This document shows, piece by piece, positions 22,860 through 36,676 of a stretch of 52,654 nucleotides of DNA. The notes under the pieces are model-generated. The model did not search any database. It was not told the DNA's origin and saw only the letters and a list, made by a program, of their open reading frames with translations. The position numbers were made by a program, and so were the translations under genes. Position 1 is the stretch's first letter, and each line of letters starts with the position of its first letter. Origin of the DNA: Octopus bimaculoides (Eukaryota). Location of the stretch: positions 117,129,103-117,181,756 of the forward strand of contig NC_068982.1 of assembly GCF_001194135.2 (NCBI RefSeq). Direction: 5' to 3'.

Positions 22860-23993
22860 TTTACATGCATACATACATACACACATACATACATACACAT
22901 AAGCATTCGCATGTTAGTGTGTATATGAGTGTATGCGAGTGTATGTATATTATCTGTCTGTATTCGTAATTCTGAACACATACACACAAACACACACCCT
23001 ATTATTAAATCCAAAACAACTTCACAAACTCTCACTCAGAATTTCATGTGACTGTTCGTCAGATAGTCGTGATAATAGAGAATAATGAAATTTTATAAAT
23101 TGTGAGTATGTATAATATTTTGTAGACACCAGTTCAACAAATAAGTATTTAAATTTGATTGGTTAACTATTTTGAAAAACAACGATGCTCATATGGCTGC
23201 AATTGGGTGTAGAGAGTGGCGGAGAAATACGTATAAGCGGTAGTTGAAAAGAAAAAAAAATGTCCAAGGGGAGTAAAAAATACCCATATAATAGACTATG
23301 TCAAGAAATTTATGTGTGTCTGTGTGTGTGTTTATGGACATATTTGCATATATAGTTCTATACTTGCATATATGTATATGTATATACACACGCACATATA
23401 CATATTCTTATAGAGCACGGCATTACAGAATACTATCAAGAAAATACATAATTTCTTAGCTCAATAGCTTTTCAGAAATCTTGCTGTTGAGTTAAAATGC
23501 AAAAGCCTTGGGTATGCAACCAGTTAAGAGTCACACGGAGACGTTACATTAAATCCAGCTTTTCTCATCAAAGCAGGGTTGGCAAAAGCGGTTAATAAAC
23601 TAGTGCCAGAGATTTAAACGATCGAATGGGTATAGAAGTTAGAACAAGTACTATAGGCAGGGTATGGGAGTAAGATATCTACAACTTGGGAAGGAACAAA
23701 AGTAGAAAGGAAGAAAAGAAAGCCAGGGAGAGGGTGGAGAATTCTACGACGAAGGAGGGCCAATGGAAGTAGAATAGAAAAGACAGAGAAAGTCGTAGTC
23801 TGTGTGGTTAAAAGAAACCTCAATTGTAATCAAAGAAATCTAATATATATATATAAATATATANNNNNNNNNNNNNNNNNNNNNNNNNNNNNNNNNNNNN
23901 NNNNNNNNNNNNNNNNNNNNNNNNNNNNNNNNNNNNNNNNNNNNNNNNNNNNNNNNNNNNNNNNNNNNNNNNNNNNNNNNNNNNNNNNNNNNN

Positions 23994-24027
<34 letters not shown>

Positions 24028-24457
24028 TATCAGATAATAAATGGCAGCTGGCCAGACAGAAAAAAATGGAAGCGATAAGCAACGAAGGAAGGAATAGGGG
24101 TGGTGGTAGCGGAGGAGGAATGTATGCTGAGATGAGAAGAAATGAGCAGTACTGTCAATGTAGGCTCTAGCCTAGTGGGAAGGTGATGTTATTAATCTGC
24201 ATGTATATATGGCATTATAGTGTATAGAAGATTCATGTGACGGTCATTAGCTGAGAGACCCGACAGTAACAGGTTCACAACCAGCAGTGGGCTAAGGAAC
24301 AATCCCTATTCTTAGTGATTCATATAATCAGTTATCCCCAAGGGAAGATCGGAAATGTTAAAGGTACTAGTACTAGCTAGGAGTGGGCGTCACTGCCGTC
24401 ACATTATTTAGGTACAAGGTTATGGTACTCTTATAGAATACCCACTAGGAATGCGGC

Positions 24458-24495
24458 GTTGCAAATGGGTTGTCAGCAGGCAACCCATTTGCGAC
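24458..24495. other. Long inverted repeat / hairpin
   Basis: GTT GCAAATGGGTTG TC AGCA GG CAACCCATTTGC GAC: a perfect 12-bp core that extends to 17 bp with two G-U pairs, and a 4-nt loop. Confidence 0.9.
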
Positions 24496-24707
24496 TGGAC
24501 ATTACTCAACCTCAAGGCGGTCGTAACAACGGGCACATACTGGCTGCAGGGTATTTCAGTTGTAGGGTGATTTAATGTCGACGAATATATATTTATATAT
24601 ACAAACATATACATTTAGCAGTCATATATATATATACAAATACACATGCATATATGCATCAATACACACACTGACGAAATACATGCACGCCTACACTATT
24701 TACGAAC

Positions 24708-24747
<40 letters not shown>

Positions 24748-26027
24748 ACATATATATTCGGTCACGGAAACATACATACATGCACATTCATGTATACATA
24801 TGCAGACACATAAATATATTACAATTCAAGAACATTAATTATAAACATATAGCGGAATTAAGATTAGAAATTAATATTTCTTTAATAAAAAAGGGATAAC
24901 TAATTGGTGGTCAGACGACAAGTTCGATACAGTTAAAACGTATTACATACTAACTTCAAATATTATTTATAAAATATTATTTAAAATGCCCGAAATGCCT
25001 GGCTGTAGGATGGTTGAAAAGGTAAAACAAAAACAATGACATATACATTCTGCCAATAAAACGAAATAAGGTGACATAAGATAAAGTTAAGATTAAGGTT
25101 TGCAAACCCTGAATGAACATAAAAAATATATATGAAAAAATTATATATGACAAAAATATTTTTTCAAGACATAAGCCTAAAATTATTAGTGGTTGGAAGA
25201 CCACAGTAGACGTAATGTAGCTTATGAAACGACCAAAAGAATCATTCAAAAGAACAAAAGGAATACTGTATAAAGAAGATCAAAAGTAAGAAAAGATGGA
25301 GGAACACAGTGTAGAAGATATCAACACAAAACCGGGTTATATATATAAGGAACAGGGCTATTTTAAAAGATCGATAATCTTTGGTAAAGCTTAAATGGGC
25401 TCTCCATATGGAATCGTTTGGCAACAACTCGAAGTGTGTTTGCAGAAATTCTAGAGTTGCATCTCTTGGTTCAGTATCTTAAATGGGGCGGAGCTAGCTT
25501 CTTTAATTACTATACGTACTTAGGCTTATATTTATTAGATTTATTGAGAACGGTCGTATTATGCTCGTTAACAAGGGTCGAAGTTCTTGCAACAGGAAGA
25601 GCTAAACATCATATATATATATATANNNNNNNNNNNNNNNNNNNNNNNNNNNNNNNNNNNNNNNNNNNNNNNNNNNNNNNNNNNNNNNNNNNNNNNNNNN
25701 NNNNNNNNNNNNNNNNNNNNNNNNNNNNNNNNNNNNNNNNNNNNNNNNNNNNNNNNNNNNNNNNNNNNNNNNNNNNNNNNNNNNNNNNNNNNNNNNNNNN
25801 NNNNNNNNNNNNNNNNNNNNNNNNNNNNNNNNNNNNNNNNNNNNNNNNNNNNNNNNNNNNNNNNNNNNNNNNNNNNNNNNNNNNNNNNNNNNNNNNNNNN
25901 NNNNNNNNNNNNNNNNNNNNNNNNNNNNNNNNNNNNNNNNNNNNNNNNNNNNNNNNNNNNNNNNNNNNNNNNNNNNNNNNNNNNNNNNNNNNNNNNNNNN
26001 NNNNNNNNNNNNNNTATATATATATAT

Positions 26028-26059
<32 letters not shown>

Positions 26060-27022
26060 GTACAGCGTAATCGGTAGGCAGGAGAGGTGCAGCCGGAGTA
26101 TGCAAAGTTCAGAATAAAAAGTCCACAATCGTTCGTTCAGTTGAGTTACCCGTATTCGTTCAATTGAAACCTTGTTAAAATATAATAATGACGTTACTCC
26201 AAGGTGGTTTACGTTTAAGATGTGAATGTCGTCTCAGGTCATGTGACTTCTATAGTGCGTAGGGTAATACAAGTGCTTAAAATATGGCACTAGATTTTCT
26301 TGAGTTTTCAGGAGAATTAATTCAAATATGCTATTAAAAGGCAAGGTAACTTTCTTCGTAATTTCATTGTTTATAATACTGTTTTAATTACCCTGTTTGT
26401 ATCTTAAAGGGATTCAACAAATGCATGTTTTAAAAAATGAATGACTGAGTTTCCTTTTATGTAAACATATAAAGAATATCACGTATTTTGTGCTCAAAAT
26501 ATTGTATAGATGATTTAGCATTTTATATGTCTCTGCTATACATAAAATACACCTATTGTTTTTACTATTGTAGGGCGTTGCTTTCTGGAAACTATTCTAT
26601 TAAAATAGATGTTATTTCTATCCGCCAGAGAAGCCTAAAATTCAAAATATACCAGTCAATACCATAAGCGAATGATACTAGATACTATTCACATATGTAT
26701 ACTAGATAAAATGCAGTATATTGTCTCTGAATCACACTCATTTCCTGGTCCATTTAACATCTATACAGATTAATTATTCTCCTAAATTAAGCAGTGAAAA
26801 TTTGTGGACAGCCATCGCTATCAAACGTAGTTAAAAAGACCACGCATGAAATATTAATCAACCGAACGATATGTGTAAATTAGGTGTTATCTGTCTTCTT
26901 GTGTATCTCTCCTATCGAACAATAAACTAACATGAGCTGAGAAGATAAAAATTACTACCGGAAGAAATGCGAAGCTTCGATTGAACTGCAAATGAATAAA
27001 TAATTATTCTTTCACATATATT

Positions 27023-27180
27023 TTATCGGGTTCTGAGTCCAAGTAGCACCGAAGTTGACATAGCTTTTCATCCTTTCAGGGTCGATAAAATAAGTACCAC
27101 TTCGGCACTACAGTCGATGTAATCGACTTACCCACTCTCCGTAAAGGTTCTGGCCTTATGCCAAACTTTTGAACCAATAT
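27023..27180 (+). mobile_element. SINE family B copy (5'-truncated)
   Basis: TTTCATCCTTTCAGGGTCGATAAAATAAGTACC...GTCGATGTAATCGACTTACCC...GCCAAACTTTTGAACCAATAT. Confidence 0.85.
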
Positions 27181-27249
27181 ATATTTTATTGGGTTGTTAT
27201 TATTCTGATCGCACTTTCTATTGAGGGAGAGGGAGAGTGCAGATTTTGA

Positions 27250-28870
27250 CTGAGTATATTTATTGTTTCTGAAACATATCTCAGTGTCAATTCGTGTGGA
27301 TATTTACAAATGATTCTTATTTCGGTGTTAACAAATATAGCCATCATGATTATATGTGACATGTTGGTATAATATTAGAGCTGATTTTCTTCCAGTATGT
27401 GCAGACCATTGATTCTATCTTCTTTCAACTCTCTTACGCATTGTTTCTTCTGTGCAATTTGTAGTCGTAGTCGTGTGTCATATATATATATCATATAATA
27501 TACGAAGTCTCTGACATTACAGTTTATTTGTGACCTTGTTTTGTAGACTTCATCTTTGTTATCAAAAACAGTTGTTTTATCTTAATAGTAAGACGTAGTG
27601 GTTCTACACAGCTTTTCCAAGGAATTCCTTTCAAGCATCAGTTCGTTTAAATCTTTTATAAAGTTTTATGTTAGTCCACCCTTTCAGTTCGCGTCAAAAT
27701 ATGGTATTTCTTAGAAACTTTAATCGTACCGTGATCTTACATCACCTAGCTTAATTTCCTTTTCTAATTTGTTGTGAGACATTGGACTAATCGAATCACA
27801 TCGTTGTCGAGAATGGCTTCTAAATATTTCTTGTCCCGTTCGTAAACACTGTATATAGCCTCTTGGTCAGATTCTGAGAATTGCATTTGGTGGATGAAAG
27901 GCTGTATATAATTTACAAGTTCAGAGATTTGACACATGCAAGTTACCTTTTTCATTACTATCACTAGTTTCACGTTCAGCGTATTTATGTTTTCTTATAT
28001 AACACTGCTCCACGAGACTAGTTAATTGGTGACCATCAGTTTTATAAAATATCATACTGGGTGTTTGCATTTCATTATGTTTTCCAACGAGAAACACACA
28101 TTTAGGATGGGGATTCTATTATTGGAATATATAGACAGAGAATTTTCATGTCGTTATTCTGGTGGATCGACTTGTCTTTATCTTAGGTGATCTCCAATGT
28201 ATTATCGTCTAATACTTGAGGACCGTCGTGTGGATATGAAAGCAAAACTAGTTTTATAACATTTATCTATCAGGGGTATATATCATTATTGTGAATTTCT
28301 TCTAAGAATTAAGTAATTAGTCCTCTTCCTATATTTTACTTTTCTTTGGCCACATCATGATTTTACTTAACCTTTGTCGCATATATAGCTTATAATTGAA
28401 TTTAGAATGTAATCTTTCAGTGCTGAATTATACTAGCCACCACAACACATGCAATCATATATCTCATCTGTTGTGGCTCTCTGTGGTAGTGAGAATTCCC
28501 TTTCTCAGTGGAAAATGTTAGAGAACATCGCCATATTAGAATTAAGGGGTTTTTCAATTGATTTTTTATTCTATTGTGATATTAATTCTCCCAGGTTATT
28601 AGTATGTAGTTGCATCACTTGGAGATAGCTTGGCAAATTGAATTCTTCATGGACAGTCTGCAAGATTTTTCAGCTGTGAATCTTACTATATTTCTATTTT
28701 AAGTGTACTGCATCAGTTTGCTTATGTCATCGTCATTGCCGAGTTGGAGGACTTCTTCCATCCTATATCACTTATTTTATTATTTTATGGAGTAGTTAAC
28801 CTTTTTGCTGGCTAACGTGAATTTTGCTTCTGTTTCAGTCTGTATATAATGGGTTGCAAATTCTTTTGAA
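27250..28870 (-). mobile_element. Decayed RTE-type LINE, endonuclease and linker region
   Basis: Minus-strand motifs ISDIGWKKS (28749-28776, cf. ISEVRW.GSG) and WRSP (~28185-28196, cf. YTWRSP); A-rich sense strand with many stops. Confidence 0.55.
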
Positions 28871-28946
28871 TGGTAGTTTACTAAGATAGACATGTTTTAT
28901 GTCACGGATTTTCGTATAGGTCGAAGGTGTCGAGATTGTTAATACG

Positions 28947-29088
<142 letters not shown>

Positions 29089-29821
29089 GCCTTTGTTATG
29101 GGAGAGTGGTTCTAGTTATGCTTAAGGTCAATGTTGGGATTTTTATTTCTGATTAATAGTCTTTTTATAGGAGAAGAGATAACGTGATTGTTTGTTGACA
29201 TTGTTTTTCAGGCAGTGGATATTGTTGCTATCTGTAGGATTGAGATCGTTAAGGTTATTCTTGTTGTAACAGTCGTGTTTTTTTGTTGTTAATGCAGATG
29301 ATGATTCAATTTTTTTCTTTTTTCTTTTGCTATTGCTGTTATCATGTTGATATTGTTGTTACTGTTATTCCAAACATACAATCTGGTTTATGACCTTTTG
29401 TTCTTCTTAATTTCATAGGGATGATATTACTGACCTTCTTAAAGGTGGCATACTTCGATTGCAACTTAAGCACAAATATTTTTTGTTTGGTTAATTTTAT
29501 TGCACGGTTTTTTTTTTCTGGGTGTGTTCTCTGTTCCTGTATTTTCTGTTTGTGGCTGTACTAAAATTGATAAATATGTGCTGTTACACATGCTTCCATT
29601 GATACTATCTGGATACTTTGTTTCTTTTCTGCTGTTTCTGTGGTTATTTCATCTACTTTATTTTGTTGCTGATATATCGGTTAAAAGTGTAGTCTAACTG
29701 TGAGAATTCCGAAGGGATAATATCTAGGAGCCTTTCATCTCTCTCTTATGATATTTTACATTTCGTGCATCAGTTAGTTTTCTTTTGATATTTAATATTT
29801 TGTGTGCTCTTTCGGTATGAA

Positions 29822-29916
29822 TAAAATAAATACCAGTTGAGCACTGGAGTCGATCTAATCGACTTAAACCCCCACCCCACCCCCTTAAATTGCTGTCCTT
29901 GTGACAAAATTTGAAA
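29822..29916 (+). mobile_element. SINE family B, 3' fragment
   Basis: TACCAGTTGAGCACTGGAGTCGATCTAATCGACTTA...CCTTGTGACAAAATTTGAAAC. Confidence 0.8.
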
Positions 29917-30340
29917 CTTTACATATTTTGTGCTCTAAAGATACAGCTTGATATATTATATGGCTAATACTTTTTACTGTTGAGTTCATTGAATTCATGT
30001 AGATTTTGGAGGAAATTTCTTCCATTATAGCGTAAACTTGTCGAGTGGATATTAATTTCTTGAGAAAAGAGATGTATCCATTTCGTCATGCTAGCTCAAT
30101 AATTTTTTTTATTGTATTTGCAAGATTCTTGAAGGATAAAATAAAAATAAAACGAATCACAAGCCACAAACCACTTGACAGAATAAGAAGAAAGTAACAA
30201 GAACGAGACATGAACAGTAACTGCAACAATAACATCAACAATATCAGTATGCTAAATAACAGCAAAACAGTACACAAGTACGTTCACAAAAACAAATGTG
30301 TGTGTGTGTGTGTGTGTATGTGTGCACGCGCGCGTGTGTA

Positions 30341-30413
<73 letters not shown>

Positions 30414-30807
30414 AGTAAATTAGCCAGTTAGAAAATCTCTACGCACACTTATGCATACAACTATACACGGCATACACACTCATACACTCTCGCCACCATA
30501 TATTAAAGCACAGAAGCACACCCACCTCTCTAATTGTGAAAGCATAAATTCACACATACATATAAATATAACATAAACATAACGAGCCACGAGAACAATT
30601 CACTTTTCCAATATGGATCAAAAAGCTAAGAACAAAGAATGTGTGGTTGCAAGAAGGTGTATGAGGGTCTTCTATATTGATAAGGACTGAAGACGTGACG
30701 ATGTGCTTTAATAAATCAAGTTGTCAATTGGTTAATAAATATACTTACTAATTAGTTATATAGTTCATTGGTATTAACATTTAAGTGCAATACAACCAGT
30801 ATTTGTC

Positions 30808-30856
<49 letters not shown>

Positions 30857-31109
30857 TAATAATAATAAAAATAATAATTATTATTATTATTGGCGTGACC
30901 TTCCCAGCGTTTTCTAATGCAATTACGATAAAAAAAACTTCACATGAAGTATTCTGAAAAACAAATAACAAATGGAAGAATACAATACTACATCTCTTTC
31001 TGTGTCTATGTGTGTGTATGTGTTCCAATGATTCTCCCCTCATCAATACTCTTGTGCAAAATAAAAGATAGTTTAGTTGTTATTGGTGTTATTATTTCTT
31101 TATCTATCG

Positions 31110-31314
31110 AAGGCAGGGAGCTGGCAGAAACATTAGGACAAATGCTTAGAGGGCAAGATTCTCAGCAGATTTTCGTTCTGAGTTCAAACTCCGCCGAGGT
31201 CGACTTACCCTTCATCCTTTCGGAGTTGATAAAATAAGTGCTAGTGGATGTAACCTACTTATCGTCTTCTCCAAAATTGCTGGTCGTGTGCCAAAATTTA
31301 AAACCATTATTATT
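31110..31314 (+). mobile_element. SINE family B, full-length copy
   Basis: GAGCTGGCAGAAACATTAG, GAGTTCAAACTCCGCCGAGGTCGAC (box B-like), GATAAAATAAGT and GTGCCAAAATTTAAAACC, followed by an ATT tail. Confidence 0.88.
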
Positions 31315-31825
31315 CATTTTTAGATCTTTGGATTTTCCTTTTCTGCCTTACTAACAGACAATCGCTTTTAGAATTCTCGTCCTTCATTAATTTACATGCA
31401 ACACATTAAATGAATGAAAACAAAGCTTTTTCTCCTGCCATAACATGTTGCAAAGGCAAGGGATCTACCTCTTAATGAACCTAACATTCATCAGACACAT
31501 ACACAATAATTTTCAATTGATTTTTCTGTTTTTCAGTCTGTTAGCTTTTGATAATTAAGCAATGAAAGTCAAGAAATTCCACATAAAATATTTTAGTTTG
31601 GAGTTATGTTTAGAAGGAAACTATTAACCACTCGTTAAGGTTCATTAAATTGAAAGAATAAAACTGGCAGAATAAATTTTTTCATCAATGTTCATTAACA
31701 CATATATTTTTAAATGCCTGTTGGCATATCCCAATTTCAGAATTGTTTTTTTTTAAATTAATGCCAACGCTGGTACATTTTTGGAATATATAATATAGGT
31801 ACGTTACAAATATCAGCAAATTATG

Positions 31826-32035
31826 GGCGGCAAGCTGTCAAAATCTTTACCGCGCAGCGTGAAATGCTTAGCGTCCGTCTTTACGTTTTAACTTCAAATT
31901 CTGCCGAGGTTGAATTTGCCTTTCATCTTTTCGCGGTTGATAAAATAAGTACTAATTGAATACTGGAATCGGTGTAACTGACTTATACTCTTCCCAGAAA
32001 TTGTTGGCCTTGTGCCAAAATTTGAAACCAATATT
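31826..32035 (+). mobile_element. SINE family B, full-length copy with target-site duplication
   Basis: Family motifs are present, flanked by the direct repeat AGCAAATTATG at 31815-31825 and 32036-32046. Confidence 0.9.
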
Positions 32036-32084
32036 AGCAAATTATGAATGCATTATAGTCGAAGATTTAAGACGTTCACTGCAC

Positions 32085-32180
32085 AGTCGTGATATTCCCG
32101 TTTCGATCCGATACTTAACAGAATGGGCGAGTGTATTTTACCATATACTGAGGCCAACCAATTCTTTTCAATTGAATAGG
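32085..32180 (+). mobile_element. SINE family A, degenerate 5' fragment
   Basis: GTTTCGATCCG...TGGGCGAGTGTATTTTACCATATACTGAGGCCAACCAA resembles 9130-9195. Confidence 0.5.
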
Positions 32181-33064
32181 TTGAACCTGCTTAGAAGCCT
32201 AGATGGATTGTTCCTATAACTTGAAGTGGTGCCTTGCAAGAACGATGCTACATGAGAATGATGTCAAATGTACCCACAACTTTGGAATGACAGCAAATGA
32301 CAGTAATTCAATCAGTAGGACAGTTGATTGAGCAACTGAATGTCCATCAGCGAAAACAGCAGACTCCAATTAAAGTTCTATATTTTTGGATTAGCAAATA
32401 TATTATTTTTGATTAGTTGAAATAATGCTATTTTGTAATCTATATATTATCAACGCGACAGAGAAATAAATAGTGTTATGATTTGTATCACTCTGTACTA
32501 ATCTGCTCTCACGCTTCTACCAGTCCAACATTTATTTCAGAAGTATAACAAACATAAAATTATTTTTGTCAAGTTTGGATAGTCACTTCATTAACTTAAT
32601 TAAATCAATGCTAGTTTCTGATTGGCATTGATTGTAACTATTCCGAAAACGTAAGAAGCTGAGACTTAAATTCGTATGCTCAATGTAGAAATGTAGACGG
32701 GTCTTCTAGCGATTTAGACGATGAATATACAATTCCTTCAGACACCTGAACGACTTATTCCTTGAACTACAGTGTAAGTGGCCCAGGTTACAACATAAAT
32801 TTTAAACGAAGTACTCAGGTAAAATCTGCACAGCAAACTTGAATAACACTTAATATAACTGTGCATTACCAAGAAAGGAACCGATATGTGCAAAATGGAA
32901 GCATTCTACCACAAAATATTTCCTTCTGGAAAAAATACTAATTCTTACAGCCTTCGCCGTTTGGTCAGATATATGTTTTACTGGTCCCTAGATAGATGGA
33001 AAGCGATATCGACTTCAGAATTATTTGAGCTTTCAACAAATATAGACTACAATATATATATTGC

Positions 33065-33262
33065 TATCGTAGGCAAAATGTGTCAAATTTGGGAGAAGGC
33101 TATAATCGATTTATCTATTCAAGTATTAACGATATCTATTTAAATAAAACTTAGAAGATGAATGGTAGAGTCGAACCTTGCAAGGATTGAATACAAAACG
33201 GATAGGAATGCATGTAAATATCAAAAAGCATTTTCCAATGTGTTACTGATCTGCCAGTTCGA
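33065..33262 (-). mobile_element. SINE family B, degenerate copy on the minus strand
   Basis: The reverse complement reads GAACTGGCAGATCAGTAACAC...AAATGCTT...GGTTCGACTCTACCATTCATC...AATCGATT...CCCAAATTT. Confidence 0.6.
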
Positions 33263-34604
33263 TCGTATTGTATATCGGGAACTGAGGTAGGGTTTTTTGC
33301 CAATTCCGTTCCTTGTACTTAAAAACAATGTTACTTTGTTTTACTGCCGAATTTGGCAACGTCTAATGTATTTTACTGTTTAGATTGTGCCAAAAGTTTG
33401 CAGGCAAAAGTTTGGAAAGGATACAATTGCTAATACTTAAAAAAAAATAGTATATGCATCATATGCCGATTGCACAGCAAGAAATGAAATACTTAATGTT
33501 GCAGTTAAACTACAATAGTTATCATACATATAGGAAATATAAATTTTAAGAGTCGTGAAAGAAACAAACCGGAAAGTAGTGGAGGAATGCTTATGTTGAG
33601 GTAATAGTTGATCCATAAGGATGAAATCCCGCTTTTATGAGATGTTACATAAACTTATTTACTAAGAAGATTATATAATGTAGTGTGAAGATGATATCTA
33701 CGTTCAAAACCGTCTTAGAGAAATTTGTTTGTTTGTTGCAAACCGAAGGAGTATGGGTAATTCTATCAGTTTAACCATATTATGCATATACACATCGTGG
33801 TTAATCTCTGGGCTTTCTCAGCAGAGTAGTTTCCAGCCGGAGAAGAACTGAACAGTCTCACCAATCATGTGTTTGTGTGAGAAGTGCTTATTGAATACTT
33901 TCAAAATGTAGAACACATAATTTACAAGTAGTTATAAAAAGGACAGACTTAACGTGTGCTTATTTTCATAGAACATTTAGCTGTGATAAATACGATTTAA
34001 CTATACTAGTATAAGTGCGCAAAAGTTTGAAATAAGTTGTTGAGTTCAGGCAGTGTAGCCCTTTTTAAATTTAGATGAAAGCTAATTTGTCTAGTGTGTC
34101 TGTCTGTGCGTCTCTACTTCACACTCTAACTTTTTTTTCTATTAATGTAAATCGGATGAACTTAATAATCTTGTCAAGCCTACAAATGACAGGTGAGACT
34201 AGTTGCGTTGTTATTCAGTTCATTCTCTGGCGGAAAAGTGAGAGAAAGAGCAAAAGAAAGATAGAAACTTGGTAGTTTATCCAACAAGTCCTATTAGCAC
34301 ATCGTTGCTAAACATATATTCATCGAATATACGCACATGAATATATGATGTGATTATAGCCAAATGATATAAAATTATATTATAATTATAGCATAAATGC
34401 AATTACGAATTTATGAATTATTTATTGATAAATCACCAAAGATATGACAATATCAGTGAATAGTTAGATACATACACCATATTACAGCGTGCCCTGAAGT
34501 TAGTGTTTGAATATTAGAGTGATACAGTTACCATTTCACTTAAATTTACCATAGATTGTAGGGTATTCCAGTTTAATTTAGACTACTGATATTATACTTT
34601 GATA

Positions 34605-34748
34605 ACTAATTCCACCGAGGTCAACTTTCCCTTTCATCCTTTTGGAGTCGATAAAATAAGTACCAGTTGATCACTTGAGTCGATGTAATCGATTTACCGA
34701 ACTTTCCCAAATTACTATCCTTGTGCCAAAAATTTGAAACCAATATTA
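34605..34748 (+). mobile_element. SINE family B copy (5'-truncated)
   Basis: AATTCCACCGAGGTCAACTTTCCCTTTCATCC...GTCGATAAAATAAGTACCAGTTG...CCTTGTGCCAAAAATTTGAAACC. Confidence 0.88.
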
Positions 34749-35259
34749 TATTTAGATGACAAGAGACGAAAATGATAAATTTATAGGAGAAAGATTAGTG
34801 TTGTGTCTCTCACATTTCTCCAAATGAAATATCTTATAAATATATATAATGAAACGGTTAATATATACAATGAAACGGTTTCAAGAAGTAAAAATGACCG
34901 TACAGACGTAAGAATTGGGATTTTGTATCTGAATTTATTGTATTCTCACTAGCTTTTGACATATATAAGTTTATTACTAATTTTAATTATTTACAGCAGA
35001 ATATCTAGGAATATATTGCAATAATTTTAATTTTATTTTATATATATGATTGAAATCGAAACTACCATTGACTCCACTCAGGCAATATGAGTATACCTTT
35101 TCACTTCATATTAATTGAATCTGTTTACTTATGTGACGACGCCGTTTTTATGGAGACTCGTGTTTCCTTAGCTAAAGGTTAACATTGAGAGAACAGACTG
35201 ACAATCGATTACATTAAAAGCAAATTAATATCTAATATTTTCATTTTGGTTTAAGAAAA

Positions 35260-36331
35260 AAATGGCTACTATTTCTAGCTGAGCAAGTAATCAAGTTCCC
35301 GGTCAACTGTAATCGAGAGAAGAGTATTACCTAACAATAATCTACATTCTGAGAAAAGCAATGCCAGTGCAACGGAGGTCTGAATATCTACATATATTTC
35401 ATTGAATGCGCATAAGCATCTGATGTAATAAAGTCCGAAAAAATTAAAATGAGAAATCAAAGTGGAATATTCAGTAATCAGAACTAGAAATGTAATAGGA
35501 TAACATGAGAAGATCAAAAGAGGAGTGCAACAGGATTGTATGTTGTTACCGGCTGTGTGTGTTTTCATTATATATTGAAGTATTTGAGTGGTCTGTTCAA
35601 CAACTATTAGCTATATTGATAAGAGGACAAAATGTCGACAATTACCATTATGGAGACAGCACATTCCTTATAGCATTAACGGTGAAAGATATAAATGCAA
35701 TATTTAATGCTGTAAAAATGATGTAAGTGAAATTGCGTCTGACTTTTAGCAAAAAAGCTAAATCACAATCGTCAAGAATGTACTCTTATTTTGCAATATA
35801 CCCATTAATAGAACACGTTTGAAACAAGTTAATAGCTTTAAGTATTTGAGAATCAACGCTACATCTGATGGTAAAAGCCACAGAAAAATAAAATAAAGAA
35901 AAACTGACAGGGCAAGGCTGATATTGATGACATATAATCTCATATTACTCGGTAGATGGAGATTCATAAGAATAAGGAAATGAATATTAGGAAAATAAAT
36001 ATAATTCACCCTAAAATATATTTCTGCGATCGTGAAAAGCAAGAAACATGTGTAAAGGCTTATACTGAATGTTTAAAGGAACAGAAAATACCAAAAAATC
36101 TTGTTAGCAGCATTATAAATTAACAGTTTAAGTTCATTGGGCATCGTATGAGATGACAAAATCTTTAACGTTTCACAAAAGGGAAACTGAAAGGAAGAAA
36201 CTGGAGGAGAGAGAAAAAGAAAATTTTAGAAGACCTTATCAGCTGGCTACAGAAAACAAACCTAGCAACACTAATTTGTCTACAGAACCGAAGGTTCCTT
36301 AATCAGCGACATCTATGGGCATGACACGTGA
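35260..36331 (+). mobile_element. RTE/BovB-type LINE, RT and 3' end, pseudogene
   Basis: GVQQDCMLLP (35522-35551, cf. GVRQGC.LSP), NVDNYHYGDSTFLIA (cf. NINNLRYADDT.LIA), KQVNSFKYL, FIGHRMR and a terminal GHDT* (36317-36331). Confidence 0.82.
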
Positions 36332-36431
36332 TATAGAATGTAATGGAAATAAGCCTGTCATATTTGGAGAAGAATGTAATATTTAGGTCAAGTTTTATTC
36401 AATATCAAGGGAATATTTGCAGAATTGGTCT

Positions 36432-36525
36432 TGAAAACGCGCTCTTTGTTCCAGCCTTTTACAATTTCAAATCCCGCCGAGTTCAAAACTGCTTTTCTTC
36501 CGTCGGAGGTCGGCATAATAAGAAG
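36432..36525 (+). mobile_element. SINE family B, degenerate central fragment
   Basis: TTTCAAATCCCGCCGAGTTCAAAACTGCTTTTCTTCC...GGTCGGCATAATAAG. Confidence 0.6.
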
Positions 36526-36532
36526 CGGCGGC

Positions 36533-36596
36533 AGCAGTAGCAGCAGCAGCAGCAGCAGTAGCAGCAGCAGCAGTAGCAGCAGCAGCAGTGGTAGTC

Positions 36597-36649
<53 letters not shown>

Positions 36650-36676
36650 TGTTGTAGTAGTAGTAGTAGTAGCAGT
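36533..36676. repeat. Compound (AGC)n/(AGT)n microsatellite
   Basis: Direct trinucleotide runs that switch motif. Confidence 0.97.

Larger units (their letters stand above)
2809..26014. other. Assembly gaps (N runs) at 2809-2818, 7748-8014, 9449-9532, 12993-13690, 15650-16045, 19293-19622, 23864-23993 and 25626-26014
   Basis: Read directly from the sequence; most abut microsatellites. Confidence 0.98.

Noticed and set aside
23560-24420. Purine-rich, moderately GC-rich segments possibly from a retroelement
   Set aside because: I found no recognisable motif in the frames I translated, so they are left unclassified.
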